The notes: generated by a model not told the origin, from the letters alone. A stretch of DNA of 64,000 nucleotides, filler included, from Circinaria calcarea (GCA_051942165.1; 19 parts of 19 records of this genome joined end to end with filler, not necessarily neighbours in it), one strand, 5' to 3'. Positions 36,631-48,689 are shown, counted from the whole stretch's first letter. Numbers and translations are program-made.

Positions 36631-36650
36631 GGAACTTTCATGAAGATTCT
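36631..36650. promoter_or_regulatory. Perfect heat-shock element (4 alternating nGAAn units)
   Basis: gGAAc-tTTCa-tGAAg-aTTCt, about 180 bp upstream of the Hsp110 start codon. Confidence 0.8.
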
Positions 36651-36828
36651 ATACAACGCCGAAACAAAAACTAAGCTGGCATCAACTACTTCACTAGTCA
36701 ACAACCACCCGATACCTGCGTCAGTCTCGCAGCATTGATCCCCAGTTTCGGTTGCCGTGTGAAGATCGTTCTTCTTTGATTCCAATTTGCGGCCACCCCG
36801 TTGTGATAGTTACCAAACACACGCGAAA

Positions 36829-37202
36829 ATGTCGGTGGTGGGGGTTGACCTTGGTACTCTCAATACCGTTATTGCGGTTGCGAGGAATCGGGGAGTTGAC
36901 GTTGTAAGTCCTCTATCTTCCTCAATAACAGCGTCCCCATAACTCTCTAACATTATCCAGATCACCAATGAAGTATCCAATCGAGCCACGCCGTAAGCCT
37001 CCACTTGACTTCACCGTCTGTTTGAGACTAACCCGTCGACAGGACTTTGGTAGGATTTGGTCCCAAGAGCAGGTATCTAGGCGAGCCAGCAAAGACGCAG
37101 GAGATTTCGAACCTGAAAAACACCGTCGGATCTCTCAAACGTCTGGCGGGCCGTTCTCTCAATGACCCCGACGTACAAATCGAACAGGATTACGTATCGG
37201 CT
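36829..37202 (+). CDS. SSE1: Hsp110-family chaperone Sse1/Hsp88 (first three exons, 3' truncated)
   Basis: MSVVGVDLGTLNTVIAVARNRGVDV | ITNEVSNRATP | TLVGFGPKSRYLGEPAKTQEISNLKNTVGSLKRLAGR. Confidence 0.95.
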
Positions 37203-37302
37203 NNNNNNNNNNNNNNNNNNNNNNNNNNNNNNNNNNNNNNNNNNNNTTAATTAATTAANNNNNNNNNNNNNNNNNNNNNNNNNNNNNNNNNNNNNNNNNN
37301 NN

Positions 37303-38630
37303 CCCTCAAAGACGCCTGCCTCCCCGGCTGTTGGATCAGTTCGGCGCCAGGGGCCCGGTTGGTTCGATAGCTGGTAGGCCCTCTCAGGCTCATGTTGCGT
37401 CGGTGTGGCCTCCCGTCGTCATTCCTCGCAATATTTGCCCTTCTGATGAGGACGCCATCCGCGTTGGTGTATTCGTCCCAGCCATCGCGTCGACTCGCCG
37501 TCGGGTGTCCCTTTGCCGCAGCAGCTCTCATTTTGGCAGCGGTCTCGGCGGATGCAAGTCTGGGATAGGGGGCAGGTTTGGTAGCGGATCGAATCCTCCC
37601 GGTGGCGTTGGCTCTGATAACGCCTTCGTCTTCCGCGGCGGCTTCGGCCTTTTTCTTCTCACTCGCTGCTTTTGCGGCTGCAATCAACGGCGGCTCGGGA
37701 ATGTCCTGGACGAAAGGCGATACCTTGGAGCTACCACCGTCGGTGGTGGTTTTCTTCACCGGGGCGAAATACGCCCAAGCTCCAGCAACAGTATCTTCGA
37801 AGCTGCGAGCCCTTGTTGCACTGGCTTCTCCACCTTTCCCGGTGGTCTTCGTTGCCGGAGTGGCTTCCACATTTCTTTTGGTAGGTTTTGTGCGGCCGTC
37901 TCCGAATCTCCCAATGGCTTCAGTTGTTCCTTCAATGGGTTTTCTACCTCCTCTCTCATTACCCTTGGCCGTTGTTGCAGCCGGATCCTCACCTCTTCCA
38001 CTCTCTCTAATCGGGATTGTGGCTTCGTCCTTTTCGGAGTTTCTACCATGTCGAAAAAGGTCTCCTGGATTTTGCGGACGGATCTTTGCCCAATCTGCCT
38101 TGAGTTTGTCCCTGTCAACCTTTTGGGGGACTCTAAATTCGTTATAGAGGGGTTCGCACAAAGTCGACCGTCGTGAACGGAAGGTAGTAACCGGGGGTCT
38201 TTCCTTTGCAGCCGCGGAAGCGTCGGCGGTGTTTTGGGTCCCAGACACAGGAGTTGTATGCTGGATGATGGTACTTGTAACCACGAACTTGTACGATAGA
38301 CCGAGACGTTTCGTATAAGCAACAACGTCCGTGAGGATTTGACCCTGCCCGGAATTAGAACCCACGGGGAAGAAGTGGAAGGAGGTAAAACAGATGTAGT
38401 ACCATCACCTGATCATTCAACTCTCTCGACCGACTATGGTCGTAGCTAGGAAGAGAACGGAAGGTGTCGTTGCAGGCCTGGTCAGAATCAACTTGAGCTT
38501 CGTTGCCTTTGGAAGTCAGTCTAAGCATAGAACTCACATCTGTTGTAATGTCCTGGAAACGGAGCTCATCAAAAGGTAGCGTTAAAATCCGACTAGGTGG
38601 ATGCCATCTGGAGCGAAGGATAGCCGCCAT
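37303..38630 (-). CDS. Hypothetical basic low-complexity protein (intron ~38346-38409, 3' truncated)
   Basis: ORF 38355-38654 splices in frame (CAG|GTGATG...TTCTAAT...GGCAG|GGT) to the 350-aa ORF that runs to the contig edge; no family recognised. Confidence 0.55.
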
Positions 38631-39490
38631 GATTCGACTTCTGATTCTTCTCAAACGTTTTGATAATCCCAGCTATTTTCCAGATACAGTTGACCCTTCC
38701 ACACTCAAGCCTCTGGGGGAGGTTCGATGTATATCATCGCCAAACTCTTTGTTCTCCGGATTTGAGAATGATGGGAATTTTCTGACATGGCTGCAATCAA
38801 CCAGCCTTTATGGATTCCGGATCTAGACATGCTCTTTGTTCTCAAATCCAAGACAGCAAACACTTCACCGGAGCGACATACAGTTACAATTTCATGACAA
38901 TGAGTTCGTTGACAGGACTGGTGGGAAGCAGTGCACCATCTAGAAAACAGGAAAAGACGTCTATGCTAGACTTCCTGAAGTGACCTGCGCCAAGAGTTCC
39001 TGCAGTTCTGAAGGACCAGCCATTGATATGCATCTGAAGGCTCTGTATACCACAGCGTATGGCAACACTGTGGATAAATTCTAGGGCTGTTTTAAGAGAG
39101 GTAGCCAATCCTTCTGTTGCTACACACTTTCAGGTGGAAAAACAAGCATTCGGGAGGGAAGGCTCGTGGGGTGCACCACGATATGCAAACAAATACCATT
39201 CATTCTCTTCCATGCACACCCGCTCAACTAGCCTTCATCACGGAGTATTCTTTTCATACCTCGTTTCATGAAAGCCATACTTCATGTGTCCATCCTGTTA
39301 TGTAAAAGCCACCTGCAACCAATGAGGTAAATACCTTGTACATATTATTCTATTCACGGTTTGGTTGGGATAGACTGCACACGATTATCAAAGAGTAATC
39401 CAAACCGACAGAAGTGGGTATCAGAGATATAGCCCACACTCGACAAGTCGGTAGAATTCGATCATCGATCAGTGGTTGAAAAATGCAAAA

Positions 39491-39598
39491 ACATACAACA
39501 GCTGGTATTCGCTGGTGGTCACCCACCCAACTACTAATCAGCCGATCTTAAGCTTATGCATGGCAGAGCGGACGGGATGCCCAGTTCTCTTAGACCTG
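39491..39598 (-). rRNA. 5S rRNA gene lacking about the first 11 nt (disrupted copy)
   Basis: Reverse complement CAGGTCTAAGAGAACTGGGCATCCCGTCCGCTCTGCC...TTAGTAGTTGGGTGGGTGACCACCAGCGAATACCAGCTGTTGTATGT followed by a TTTT terminator; the expected 5' ACATACGACCA is replaced by unrelated sequence. Confidence 0.92.
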
Positions 39599-39611
39599 AT
39601 TTTGCCTGCGC

Positions 39612-39749
39612 GGTACTGTACCTTGACAGATCGGGTCGACCCTAGCGCTTACCGGAAGAACTTCTGACTGGCTGGAGCACACTTCCCTACCAATCAGAAG
39701 CTGCAATTCTTAAGTCGCGGGTCGACCCGATCTGTCAAGGTACAGTACC
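39612..39749. mobile_element. MITE-like hairpin element with perfect 31-bp terminal inverted repeats (or 27-bp TIRs plus TA duplication)
   Basis: GGTACTGTACCTTGACAGATCGGGTCGACCC (39612-39642) and its exact reverse complement (39719-39749); inner inverted pair CTTCTGACTGG / CCAATCAGAAG. Confidence 0.8.
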
Positions 39750-40106
39750 TTTAATTACAAGTCGCACTAAGTCAGAATGCCTTAGGCATCAAGGCATTAA
39801 GGCACCGAGGCACGTGGCACCCAGCCTGGTGCCCATATTTGTTTACGTCGCAGGTGCCTGAGGACGGCAAGGCAAATATTTATTTGCCTCACGAATACGG
39901 CTCATAATTTTAAGTTTTCCGATGAACTGAAATACAAGTCTTTTCCCCTTCAATTATCGATGTGGATAATATATTCCTTTTCTAATCCCTGACCCTCAAA
40001 GATTCTTTTACAGAAATCCTACCGTATCCTTTCTTTCAAGCTACATCGTCTTTCGAGTTGATTTGTCTTTCCGGATTCCCATATCTTTTCGAGAGAGAAT
40101 CCAAGT

Positions 40107-40585
40107 ATGATTGGGGCTACATTGTATAGCCAATGTCTTCCCGAACAAGGATGGTCCGGTGGACATCGCTTGGTTAGTATGATGTGGCCATGGAATACGA
40201 AAATCGCGTTGATGGTGCTCTGGGGTGTCTGTTGGATGTTCTATGGCTCTCCTTTTTCCCGGACAGATGCTTCGGAGCGTAATGGGTTAGACGGAGACTT
40301 CGATTATAACTTCTTAGAAGGGATAGACTGGCAAGATTTCGGTAAAACATCCTTATTTTCCATCACCGCAATCTTGTTAACAGTCTCAGCTGTCGATTCA
40401 AGCACGATATTCGATCAGAACATCCTCGAAGACCCTATGTTCACCAACTTCCAAGGTCAAGGTGGCCGTCCTGCATCAATCAGTGCAGCGGGGTTGGATA
40501 CTCTCCTCTCCACAGTCGATCCAAGCCAGAAACACGATTTCGACCCTAACCTTGGCTTTGCTCGTTCCATTGATGGTTCAGCTTT
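40107..40585 (+). CDS. Hypothetical protein N-terminus with WPW...LWGVCWMF motif (3' truncated)
   Basis: Open frame from ATG to the contig edge; possible short intron (GTAAAA...TTAAC...CAG, ~40342-40390). Confidence 0.6.
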
Positions 40586-41854
40586 NNNNNNNNNNNNNNN
40601 NNNNNNNNNNNNNNNNNNNNNNNNNNNNNTTAATTAATTAANNNNNNNNNNNNNNNNNNNNNNNNNNNNNNNNNNNNNNNNNNNNCACCTCGGATGTGGT
40701 GAGTTTCGTAGCCATGATCGAAGCTTTGTTTCGGTCATGGTGAGCTTTTGCTATTTTCATCGATTGGATTTTCCAATGTTATTTTACATGCAGAAGTGTT
40801 AGGGCTAAACTCGATTGCTTTTTCGCATTTACAGAGTATGCATTTTTAGTTTCGGTTTCTTTTTTGATCCCAGAGATTGACTTTCAATCGCAGAATCCAT
40901 ATTGATTTGCCCCTGTTAGGGAATTTTCCAGCTCAGGCCCTTGGCCTTTTGCAACCTACTGATAATCAATGCCAGGCTATAAGTCACCACAGTCCATGCA
41001 ATACTCCAAGAACAGCCTCAAGGGTTCCAAGTAAGTACCCAACATAGTAGCCAGCAAAGTGTTCCTTTCTCGACCATGGCCCTTTCCAGCTCAAACCGAC
41101 ATTACCAAACTTTCCACCAAACTAATATAACTCCCTTCCTCTAGCCCACAAACCTCCACCAATTGCTATTAACCCACGTCCCTCATTACCCGAACATCCC
41201 TCCGGTTCTCTGCACCTCCACCGATGTCTACCTCTCTCTACTCGTTCCTACTTTTCCAAACCAACACTACGATACCTTGCATGATCACGATGCCCAAGGT
41301 AGATAGCGTGCTGGTTTGTCTGTAGCGGGTGCTTCCGTCTCTGTTGCTATTGAAGGGGGATGAGTGGGGATGCGTTCGCTGAAGGGGAGGTTGGTTGCCG
41401 CTTAAGTGTCCGTCATGGAAGGTTGAGGAGAGATTAAGCTGAGAGGTTTATGGTGAGTGACTGCTAGGTATGGAGTGCAATGAAGGGTGGTAGCGTATTA
41501 GGGGAAGATTGTGAGGGTCTTGGTGGTACAATTTGACAGGAATATAATTATTCAAAGGGTTTGTTCATGCTGTCTGAGAAATCGAGCGACGTTAACTACA
41601 GGCATTACAAGCAGTCTTTTATGGCAAGATCGGCCCTCGCTCTAATGTATCTGGGAGATTTCTCTTGTATTGCTAAAGGAACTCCAGATAGTAAGTTTAG
41701 AGGCAGATATCTGGTGTATGTTCGGCCAGTTTTCTACCTGTACTTCCGGTTATATTATCAGCAATGCAGATTGGGGGAGGTTCGTCCAGTCCGCAGCGTT
41801 AGGAGAACTTACAGCCATCGATGACACTGTTCGTCTGGTTGAGGCGGCGAAACA

Positions 41855-42610
41855 TCAAAAGCCTCCGACATTACTCCCGGTGGCCCTCTCCGCTATCATT
41901 CTCAATCTCATGGGCATCAAAGGATCATCGTAATGTTCGATGATGTCCGACTTTTCCACCGCGGAATTGATATCGCTCCATTCGCTACTTCTCAAGGCCT
42001 GCTGGACACAGGCTTTTCGCTTTTCTTTATTCCACCATGGAGGGAGTATGTCATCGCACTTCTCTACTTTGTTGAGAAAATCCTGAAAGTGTGGGAGAGG
42101 GTCTTCCCCTGCATAGAGGCCACCTGCATCCCCTTGAAAATTGTATTCATCCTCGACGCGCAAACGGTAGGAATCGGCAATGGCGGCGAAAGCATCATGT
42201 TCCGATAGCCGTGAGAGGAAACCGGGCTTGCCAGGGCTGTTGAAGATAGTCTTGGTATCTGAGGTCCCACCGCTCAGCGTGAACACCTTGAACATGTCCT
42301 CCAGACGTTGGGTGGCTGATTTCGACGCTGTAGAGTTTGATGAGGAGCCTGTAAACTTGTTGATGATGCAAATCTTCTTGTGCGATTTCCAGTCTGCTCT
42401 TTGGCACTCTCGCGAGCAGTAGGTGGTTGTCTGGCATTTGGCGCAACGCTTGAGAGTTTTGGAAAGCGCTGACTCCGGTTTCTTGCAAGCGACACACATA
42501 CGAGCACCAGGGCTGGTTGGTGGATCTATCAAAGTTAGAGCTGGTTGTTCCTCAAATGGGGTTGGTCAGACGTTACCTGGTGGGATAATAGTGGTAAAGA
42601 GCTGAGCCAT
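41855..42610 (-). CDS. MYND zinc-finger protein (one intron ~42527-42576)
   Basis: CVACKK...LKRCAKCQTTTYCSRECQRADWKSHKKIC, then DSYRLRVEDEY...LPPWW...AVEKSDIIEHYDDPLMPMRLRM; exon 1 MAQLFTTIIPP. Confidence 0.9.
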
Positions 42611-43489
42611 TGCCTCGATGAAGTGGATACTGTTCGACACCTGCGAAGTTGTACCTCGTTACACGTACAGGACAGCGAACGATCAATTTACCGAACTTCA
42701 CAATTCATTCTTAGGCCCTCGAAATCTTATGTTGCAGAGGCTGATGTTAAAATCAACGGTCATTAGGGTAGACACTAGAGGATTCTACTAGCATTTTACT
42801 GTGTGTAGCCTAACCTTAGTTAGTTGGAGTACCCGACTGGTCAGAATGCTAGAGGAATCTTCCATGGCTACACGGGCTACTCTACAACTAAGGCAAATTC
42901 CTTTTGCTATCTTCTACCCTTGAAGGCCGTTGCTTGATGTGTAGCTGTTCAACTTTTAAATTTAAAGTAAGGGCTTTGTCGTGGTCAAGATTTCTATAAG
43001 AATTTATCACCTCAAACACTGAGGTTCTCTGTTCAAAGGCTCTGATGGCTGAGACTCTGGTTGATTCCAGAACGCGTTACGCGTGTGTAAGGATATTCCT
43101 AGGAGAAATGATATCATCAGGGTCTAACCCCCCTAGCGGCGGCTACGGTAAGCCTTTAAACCGTTAGTGAAACTCTATCGGGGAGATCTAGGTAGGGGGA
43201 AGGCTTGTTTCTCCGCAAACAAATCCAGCGCGTGAAATGAGCTATGACGCTGTCGCAAATTGCAATGTTGATTCACAAGGCGGTTCGCCAATAGCGTTCT
43301 GCCATGTTTGCTCGAGCGTGAAACCTGTTCATGTTTGGCTCACATGTACTACTATCCACTGTTGGCCAGTTCTTCTTCTTTTTGTTTTTCCTATTCACGT
43401 CTATTCTCCTTTCTCAATTTACTACGCCTGGGTCACTGCTGCACAATAATTTCAACAAATTGTCTTCTCCCATACTTCAGTCATTCGAG

Positions 43490-43966
43490 ATGGCAAGGAC
43501 CTCTCCAACTCATTGGTATGCAAGCCCTTTGGACAAATGGAAAAGTGCCGTCTACTGATATATAAAGGGTTGGCGTTCTCTTCCTGCTTACTGCCTCCAT
43601 TCTCCTTCTGATCACTACCATCTCTACCCCAGTCGTCCCCGATATCGCCTTACTCAAGGTCACCCTTACGAACAGCAGCTCGCTGCGATATTCTTCCGTC
43701 ACATTTGGAACCTTTGGCCATTGCGTTCTCGATGTCGCGCCCAAGAAGTGAGGCTCCAGCTCATCCACTCCCATCGTTTACGTCAGAGGGTACCGAGTAT
43801 ACTGACGTTCTGGCAATGTAGTACTGACCAAGATTACTGCTTTCCAAAGCATATTGGCTACCAACCCGCGGTCATCATGTCCCAGATTGACGGTACCGGG
43901 TTCAGTCGAGCTGCTTCGGCTAGCGCCGATGGACTCACGCGTGTTATGATTCTGCACCCAGTTGCT
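43490..43966 (+). CDS. SUR7/PalI (Rim9-like) membrane protein (3 exons seen, 3' truncated)
   Basis: MARTSPTH|WVGVLFLLTASILLLITTISTPVV...VTFGTFGHC...|DQDYCFPKHIGYQP...LTRVMILHPVA. Confidence 0.85.
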
Positions 43967-44066
43967 NNNNNNNNNNNNNNNNNNNNNNNNNNNNNNNNNN
44001 NNNNNNNNNNTTAATTAATTAANNNNNNNNNNNNNNNNNNNNNNNNNNNNNNNNNNNNNNNNNNNN

Positions 44067-44150
44067 CCCCAAGAACCCCAAGAACCCCAAGAACCCCAAG
44101 AACCCCAAGAACCCCAAGAACCCCAAGAACCCCAAGAACCCAAGAACCCC
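44067..44150. repeat. (CCCCAAGAA)n tandem repeat, about 9 units, at a contig end
   Basis: Directly visible. Confidence 0.92.
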
Positions 44151-44198
44151 GAGAAACCTCTAATATGATAATTTCCGCCTCGGTGGGGGGGGAACCCT

Positions 44199-45596
44199 TT
44201 ACTTCACCAAAATCGTCGTCGTGCTCACGCCAATCGCATTGAGCGGAATCCCCTGGGTCCCACCCATGCCCATGCCCACCCTAGCCCCCTTTTTCTCCTC
44301 TCTCGCCACGGTCGTAATCTTCGTCTCCATGCGGGCCGGGTACAAGGTCTGAAAGCCGTCGCTGCCGTCGTCGAGGCGTAAGATCTGGGGCCGACCGTGC
44401 CGGGGCAGGTCGGCGCTGTCGCTACCGTTGCTGCCGACGCGCTTTTTCTGCGCCAGCATCTTGATGAAGAGCGGGCGCAGGGTCGGGAGGCAGGCGGCAA
44501 CGATGCCGAGACAGGCTTCGGCGGTGGACAAGATTCCGACGATGCTGAGGCTCCCTGTGGGTGATGGAGACGCGGGGTTAGCGAAGGAGTTGGTTAGTTT
44601 GAAAGGGGGAAAATCAGATGAAAACGTACACGTGGGGTCGGAGTTTCTGGCATTCAGGATCAGTTCGATGAGGCGGACGAGACTGATGATGCAGGTGCTA
44701 TGGAAAGTCAGGACCGGGACCTTTCATTTATCGGAAGGCGTTTCACGCTCACATTGACCCTAGCATGAAGATGGCGGCCAGAGAAATCTTCTGGCCTCTG
44801 GATGTTTGCAGAGCGAATACCGCCGGCAATGGCAATACGAGGACCATAAAGTCCGTCAACACGTTCGGCGCCGACCCGAGGATGAAAAATAGGGCGACGT
44901 TCATACACGTGCCGTTGACGCTTTTATCCCAGATGAACCGCAATGGCCGGCATTGAAACGAGCAGCCGAGGATGACCATGATGCCCCAGCACACGGAGAA
45001 CACGCTGAGCCAGTAGGCCCATAGACGGATGTAGCGCAAGCGACCGAAGAGGCGGGTATAGAACAGGAGAATGGAGATTTTGATAATCGTGATTGATGCG
45101 GCCCAGATAAGTTCGGAGGCGTAGAAAACCTGGAGGCAAGAGTGAGAAATCAATGCCGGCAAGAATCGAAGTAGGAGGTGTACCTGCCCCTCTTTCACCA
45201 GCATCTGAGGAGTCAGTGTGTTTAGATGTCGTCCCAATCCATACTGTGCAGCTACAGAAATCAGTTGTTGCCCCAAAATATTTACAAATAATAAGAGTAG
45301 TGGACTTGTACAACATACCTATCGAAACCGCGATACAAGATGCCCATCCAAATGGCTAGACAGCATCAGCTTTATGAGTCTCGCACCTTTTCCTCTCCGA
45401 GGACCTCGAGACTCCTTACCACCGCGAGGATAATTAGATAGTCATCTGCTTGAAGCGATAATTTCTGCACTCGTCTAGCCATCACACGCAGTGTCACAGC
45501 CAGAGTCGTAAGAACTGCCACGGTGATATTCACACCGAGGATAGCAGGCGCCTTGTTGGCGGCATAATCAGCCGCCGATGGTGCTGGAGTAGACAT
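44199..45596 (-). CDS. PTH11-like (fungal rhodopsin-domain) integral membrane protein, multi-exon
   Basis: AVTLRVMARR...LQADDYLI, GLGRH, IKISILLFYTRLF, FQCRPLRFIWD, NVLTDFMVLVLPLP, AEACLGIVAACLPTLRPLF. Confidence 0.9.
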
Positions 45597-46925
45597 GATT
45601 TTTCAAAGGCGCAATAGCTCATCAAATCTTCAGGCTTTGCTGTCCGATTTGAATATATTATCACGATCGAGTTAGGAGGTACAAAGACGTATAGATACCA
45701 GAAGTATTAAGGCTGGGTGTAATACCCTTTCGCTCTCATCCAAGCCCCGCTCTCTCGGGGGCAGCTATAATTATGCAAATAGAAAAGCATACATGGGGCA
45801 CAGCGACGGCGGCAGGCTATACAAAACAACAGTTACATTTTTATGCGCCAAGGATGAGCATAGCCTACCGTCATTATTTTTAAGAATCCCATCATTATAA
45901 TTGCAGGGGGACGGCATAAGTCATGGGGCTGCAGGGTATTACCAAATACCAGACAATTGAAACAAGCACTATAGTAATAATTCCGAACCAGAAGTATGTA
46001 TTTGGGAGAAATACTGCGGAGGGGTGGTAGGCTTATGCCGCCCCCTGTGAATCATGTCTCAGTATCTAGGCTGGGTCCTACTCCCGTACAGACACGTAAC
46101 TCGCGCAGTGAGGGATGGTGTGGACTCGATCAATAGCGCGGGCGGCAATGCACACAGTCCGGAGTATTTACCAGAAAGAAGGTAATGACCATGTCCCTGC
46201 ACGAATGAGGTGCAGTAGCTCCGAAGACCCTCATGTAGTAGCGCAAGTTAGTAAGCACAATCCAATGCTACTCCGTAGCAATCCGTGGTATCAAGGACGC
46301 TGATATGCATAGATAAAAGACGACTTTATTCCTCTACTTCAGCTCGCGGCGTTAAAAGTAGAAGGAGCGTTGGCGGCATCAGCCTTGGCTTCAGTAAATT
46401 CGGGGTGGTAGCAAAAGCGCTGCGCGTACAGAAAGCACCATGAATGAGGGGTAATCATCAGGATCAGGTTTGAATCCTAATGACGCTGCTTTGGGTGGTG
46501 TGGCCCCACTCCATCACGCTCCATATCTCGGAAGTAAACGCCCGTGTTTTAGTATCAGGTGCCTTTATCTTATGTTATTTCATGTCGTTTTATTTCAGTC
46601 CATGCAGTGTTATATTTTGCAAAGAATAGCCTCCAGCGTCATCTACATCCCAGCCGGGGATCCTTCTCAATTGATCCGGCACGTACCCTCTCCCGTTTTC
46701 TAATCTGGAAGACATCTCCTTCAAATCCACTGGCCAACGCCGGGATAGTCCCGTGCAGAGAGGCTGCTTTTGCACGGTACAGTCTGAGACTGGTGTGCGG
46801 GGATGCGTGAGAGTCCCGGTTGTAAATGTCTGCCTGCAACGAAATGCGGATTGTATTAGCCGCTTGGATCTCTTAATCCAAACCTCTTTGATATTGATTT
46901 CTGGTTGTTCTGTTTGATCTGAACC

Positions 46926-47346
46926 ATGGCCTCCATGCGAGAGGAGAGGCTGGCGGCCTACCCCTTGGGTAGGGATTTCATGGCATCGATACGGTCGGTC
47001 CTGCCGTGATCATTCTCACCACCGGCTGACGAGGTTTCATCTTGGCGGGAAGGCTTTATATCCAGCATTGGATGTGGAGGCGTCAGCTGGGATATCTACT
47101 GCACCCGATCATCCCTACCGACAAAGAGTCTCTCCACATTGCAGACGTTGCCTGCGGTACGGGGTACCTGTCCCCATGACATCGGATGCGTAAACTACGT
47201 TACTAAAGTATATTAGCATATGGTTGCTGGATCTTGCCAAAGAACTCCCGACTTCGACGCAGCTGGTAGGCTTCGATATCACCACGGCTCAGTTTCCCAA
47301 CCCCGAGTTACTGCCCAAGAACGTCAGGCTTGTTGAATTAGACGCT
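46926..47346 (+). CDS. SAM-dependent methyltransferase (2 introns, 3' truncated)
   Basis: Manual translation: YPLGRDFMASIR|LYIQHWMWRRQLGYLLHPII...IADVACGTG|IWLLDLAKELP...LVGFDI...QFP; SAM motif I. Confidence 0.85.
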
Positions 47347-47446
47347 NNNNNNNNNNNNNNNNNNNNNNNNNNNNNNNNNNNNNNNNNNNNTTAATTAATT
47401 AANNNNNNNNNNNNNNNNNNNNNNNNNNNNNNNNNNNNNNNNNNNN

Positions 47447-48689
47447 CGGGCCACACCAGGTGCGTTTGCTAAATCTGAAGCATTGTTGAATACTTGTCCC
47501 ATCGGCATCCCGTTATAAGCCTGTAGAAGCCGGTTAGCATCCTGCCCAAGGCCATTTGCAACAAGATTTGCTTGATTGGTATTAGGAAGAGCGTTTGATG
47601 AGGGTAACGCTATCGAGCTCTCATTGATTACGATGCGTACGTGGCTACCATTCGGCCCTTGGCCCTCGTGAACAATAGTATTACTGTTATTAGGATTGTT
47701 GGCCTGGCCAGGCACATTATTCGTAGGCCCTAATCCTTCCGCATGCTGCTGGGGTGCTGTATTGTTTTGGGTGAGATTCTGAGGCAATGCCTGACCTCCA
47801 GGTATACTGCTTATACCCTGTTGTCTGGCTGCCGCTCTAGCTTGCTGCTGCTGTGCTAGAATCTGATGGAAAGATAATTGCGGAAAAGCAGGGTTCTGTT
47901 GCTGAGAAGGCGCCTGGAAATAACCAGGAGGTATTCCATTGAGTTGCGCTGGTCCTCCCATGCCAAATTGTCCGCCGTACTGTTGGCCTAATGCAGCGAA
48001 GTGATTATTCAGAGCTTCTTGCAATTGTGGTGGCATCTGTTGTTGGGTTTGACCAGGTAGGAAAGGAGGGTTCTGCCATGGAATCGGGAAAGGCTGAGGT
48101 ACACCTCCAGGAGCGCCCACGTTGGTATAAGTCTGCATAATAGGTCTCATTCCTGGACCGCCCTGTAGCTGACCTGTACTAGCAGGCCTTGGGGGTATTT
48201 GTGCGTGTGGTGGGTATGTTTGTCTAGGGCCCGTAGCGGTGGCTGACGATGATGAATCCGCAGTGGTGGTGGTTGGAGGCAATACAAGATGTAAAGATAG
48301 AGATTCAGAATTTTCGATCTAGAGGATTGTCAGCACTTTCCCAGCTTTGGTGTCTGTCCTGCTCACAGCTTCTCGACCAAAGACAGACCCCAATGTCATC
48401 TCTTCATTGACAAGAGCTTTCCCCCTATAAATAAGCCTTTGTCTCGTTGGAGCCGGCTTTGTAGACACAGCATCCTGAATCATCCTCTTCAGTTCGCCAA
48501 TGGTAGTTGAGGTCAATACGGAGGGGAAGACAAGCCTATAGATTTAATATCAGCATGAATGGTTTAGATATAGTAGTCATGTCAGCATTAAGCTCACTTA
48601 TTTGGTACCTCTGGCGAAGGTGATAGGATGTTTAGATTAATGCTCTTAGGCTCGGGACTGCTCTTTGAGAAGGAAACCTGGGGTTCCAT
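47447..48689 (-). CDS. N-terminal ubiquitin-like domain protein with Gln/Pro-rich region (Herp/Usa1-like; 2 introns, 3' truncated)
   Basis: INLNILSPSPEVP|...TTIGELKRMIQDAVSTKPAPTRQRLIYRGKAL...|SLSLHLVLPP, then the Q/P-rich ORF. Confidence 0.8.

Noticed and set aside
43070..43090. Tandem ACGCGT (MCB-like) boxes
   Set aside because: Short motifs near genes with no evident cell-cycle role; not supportable without conservation data.
44067..44150. Contig-terminal C-rich repeat as a telomere
   Set aside because: Unit CCCCAAGAA is not the TTAGGG type and it lies about 50 bp past a stop codon; more likely a simple repeat that broke the assembly.
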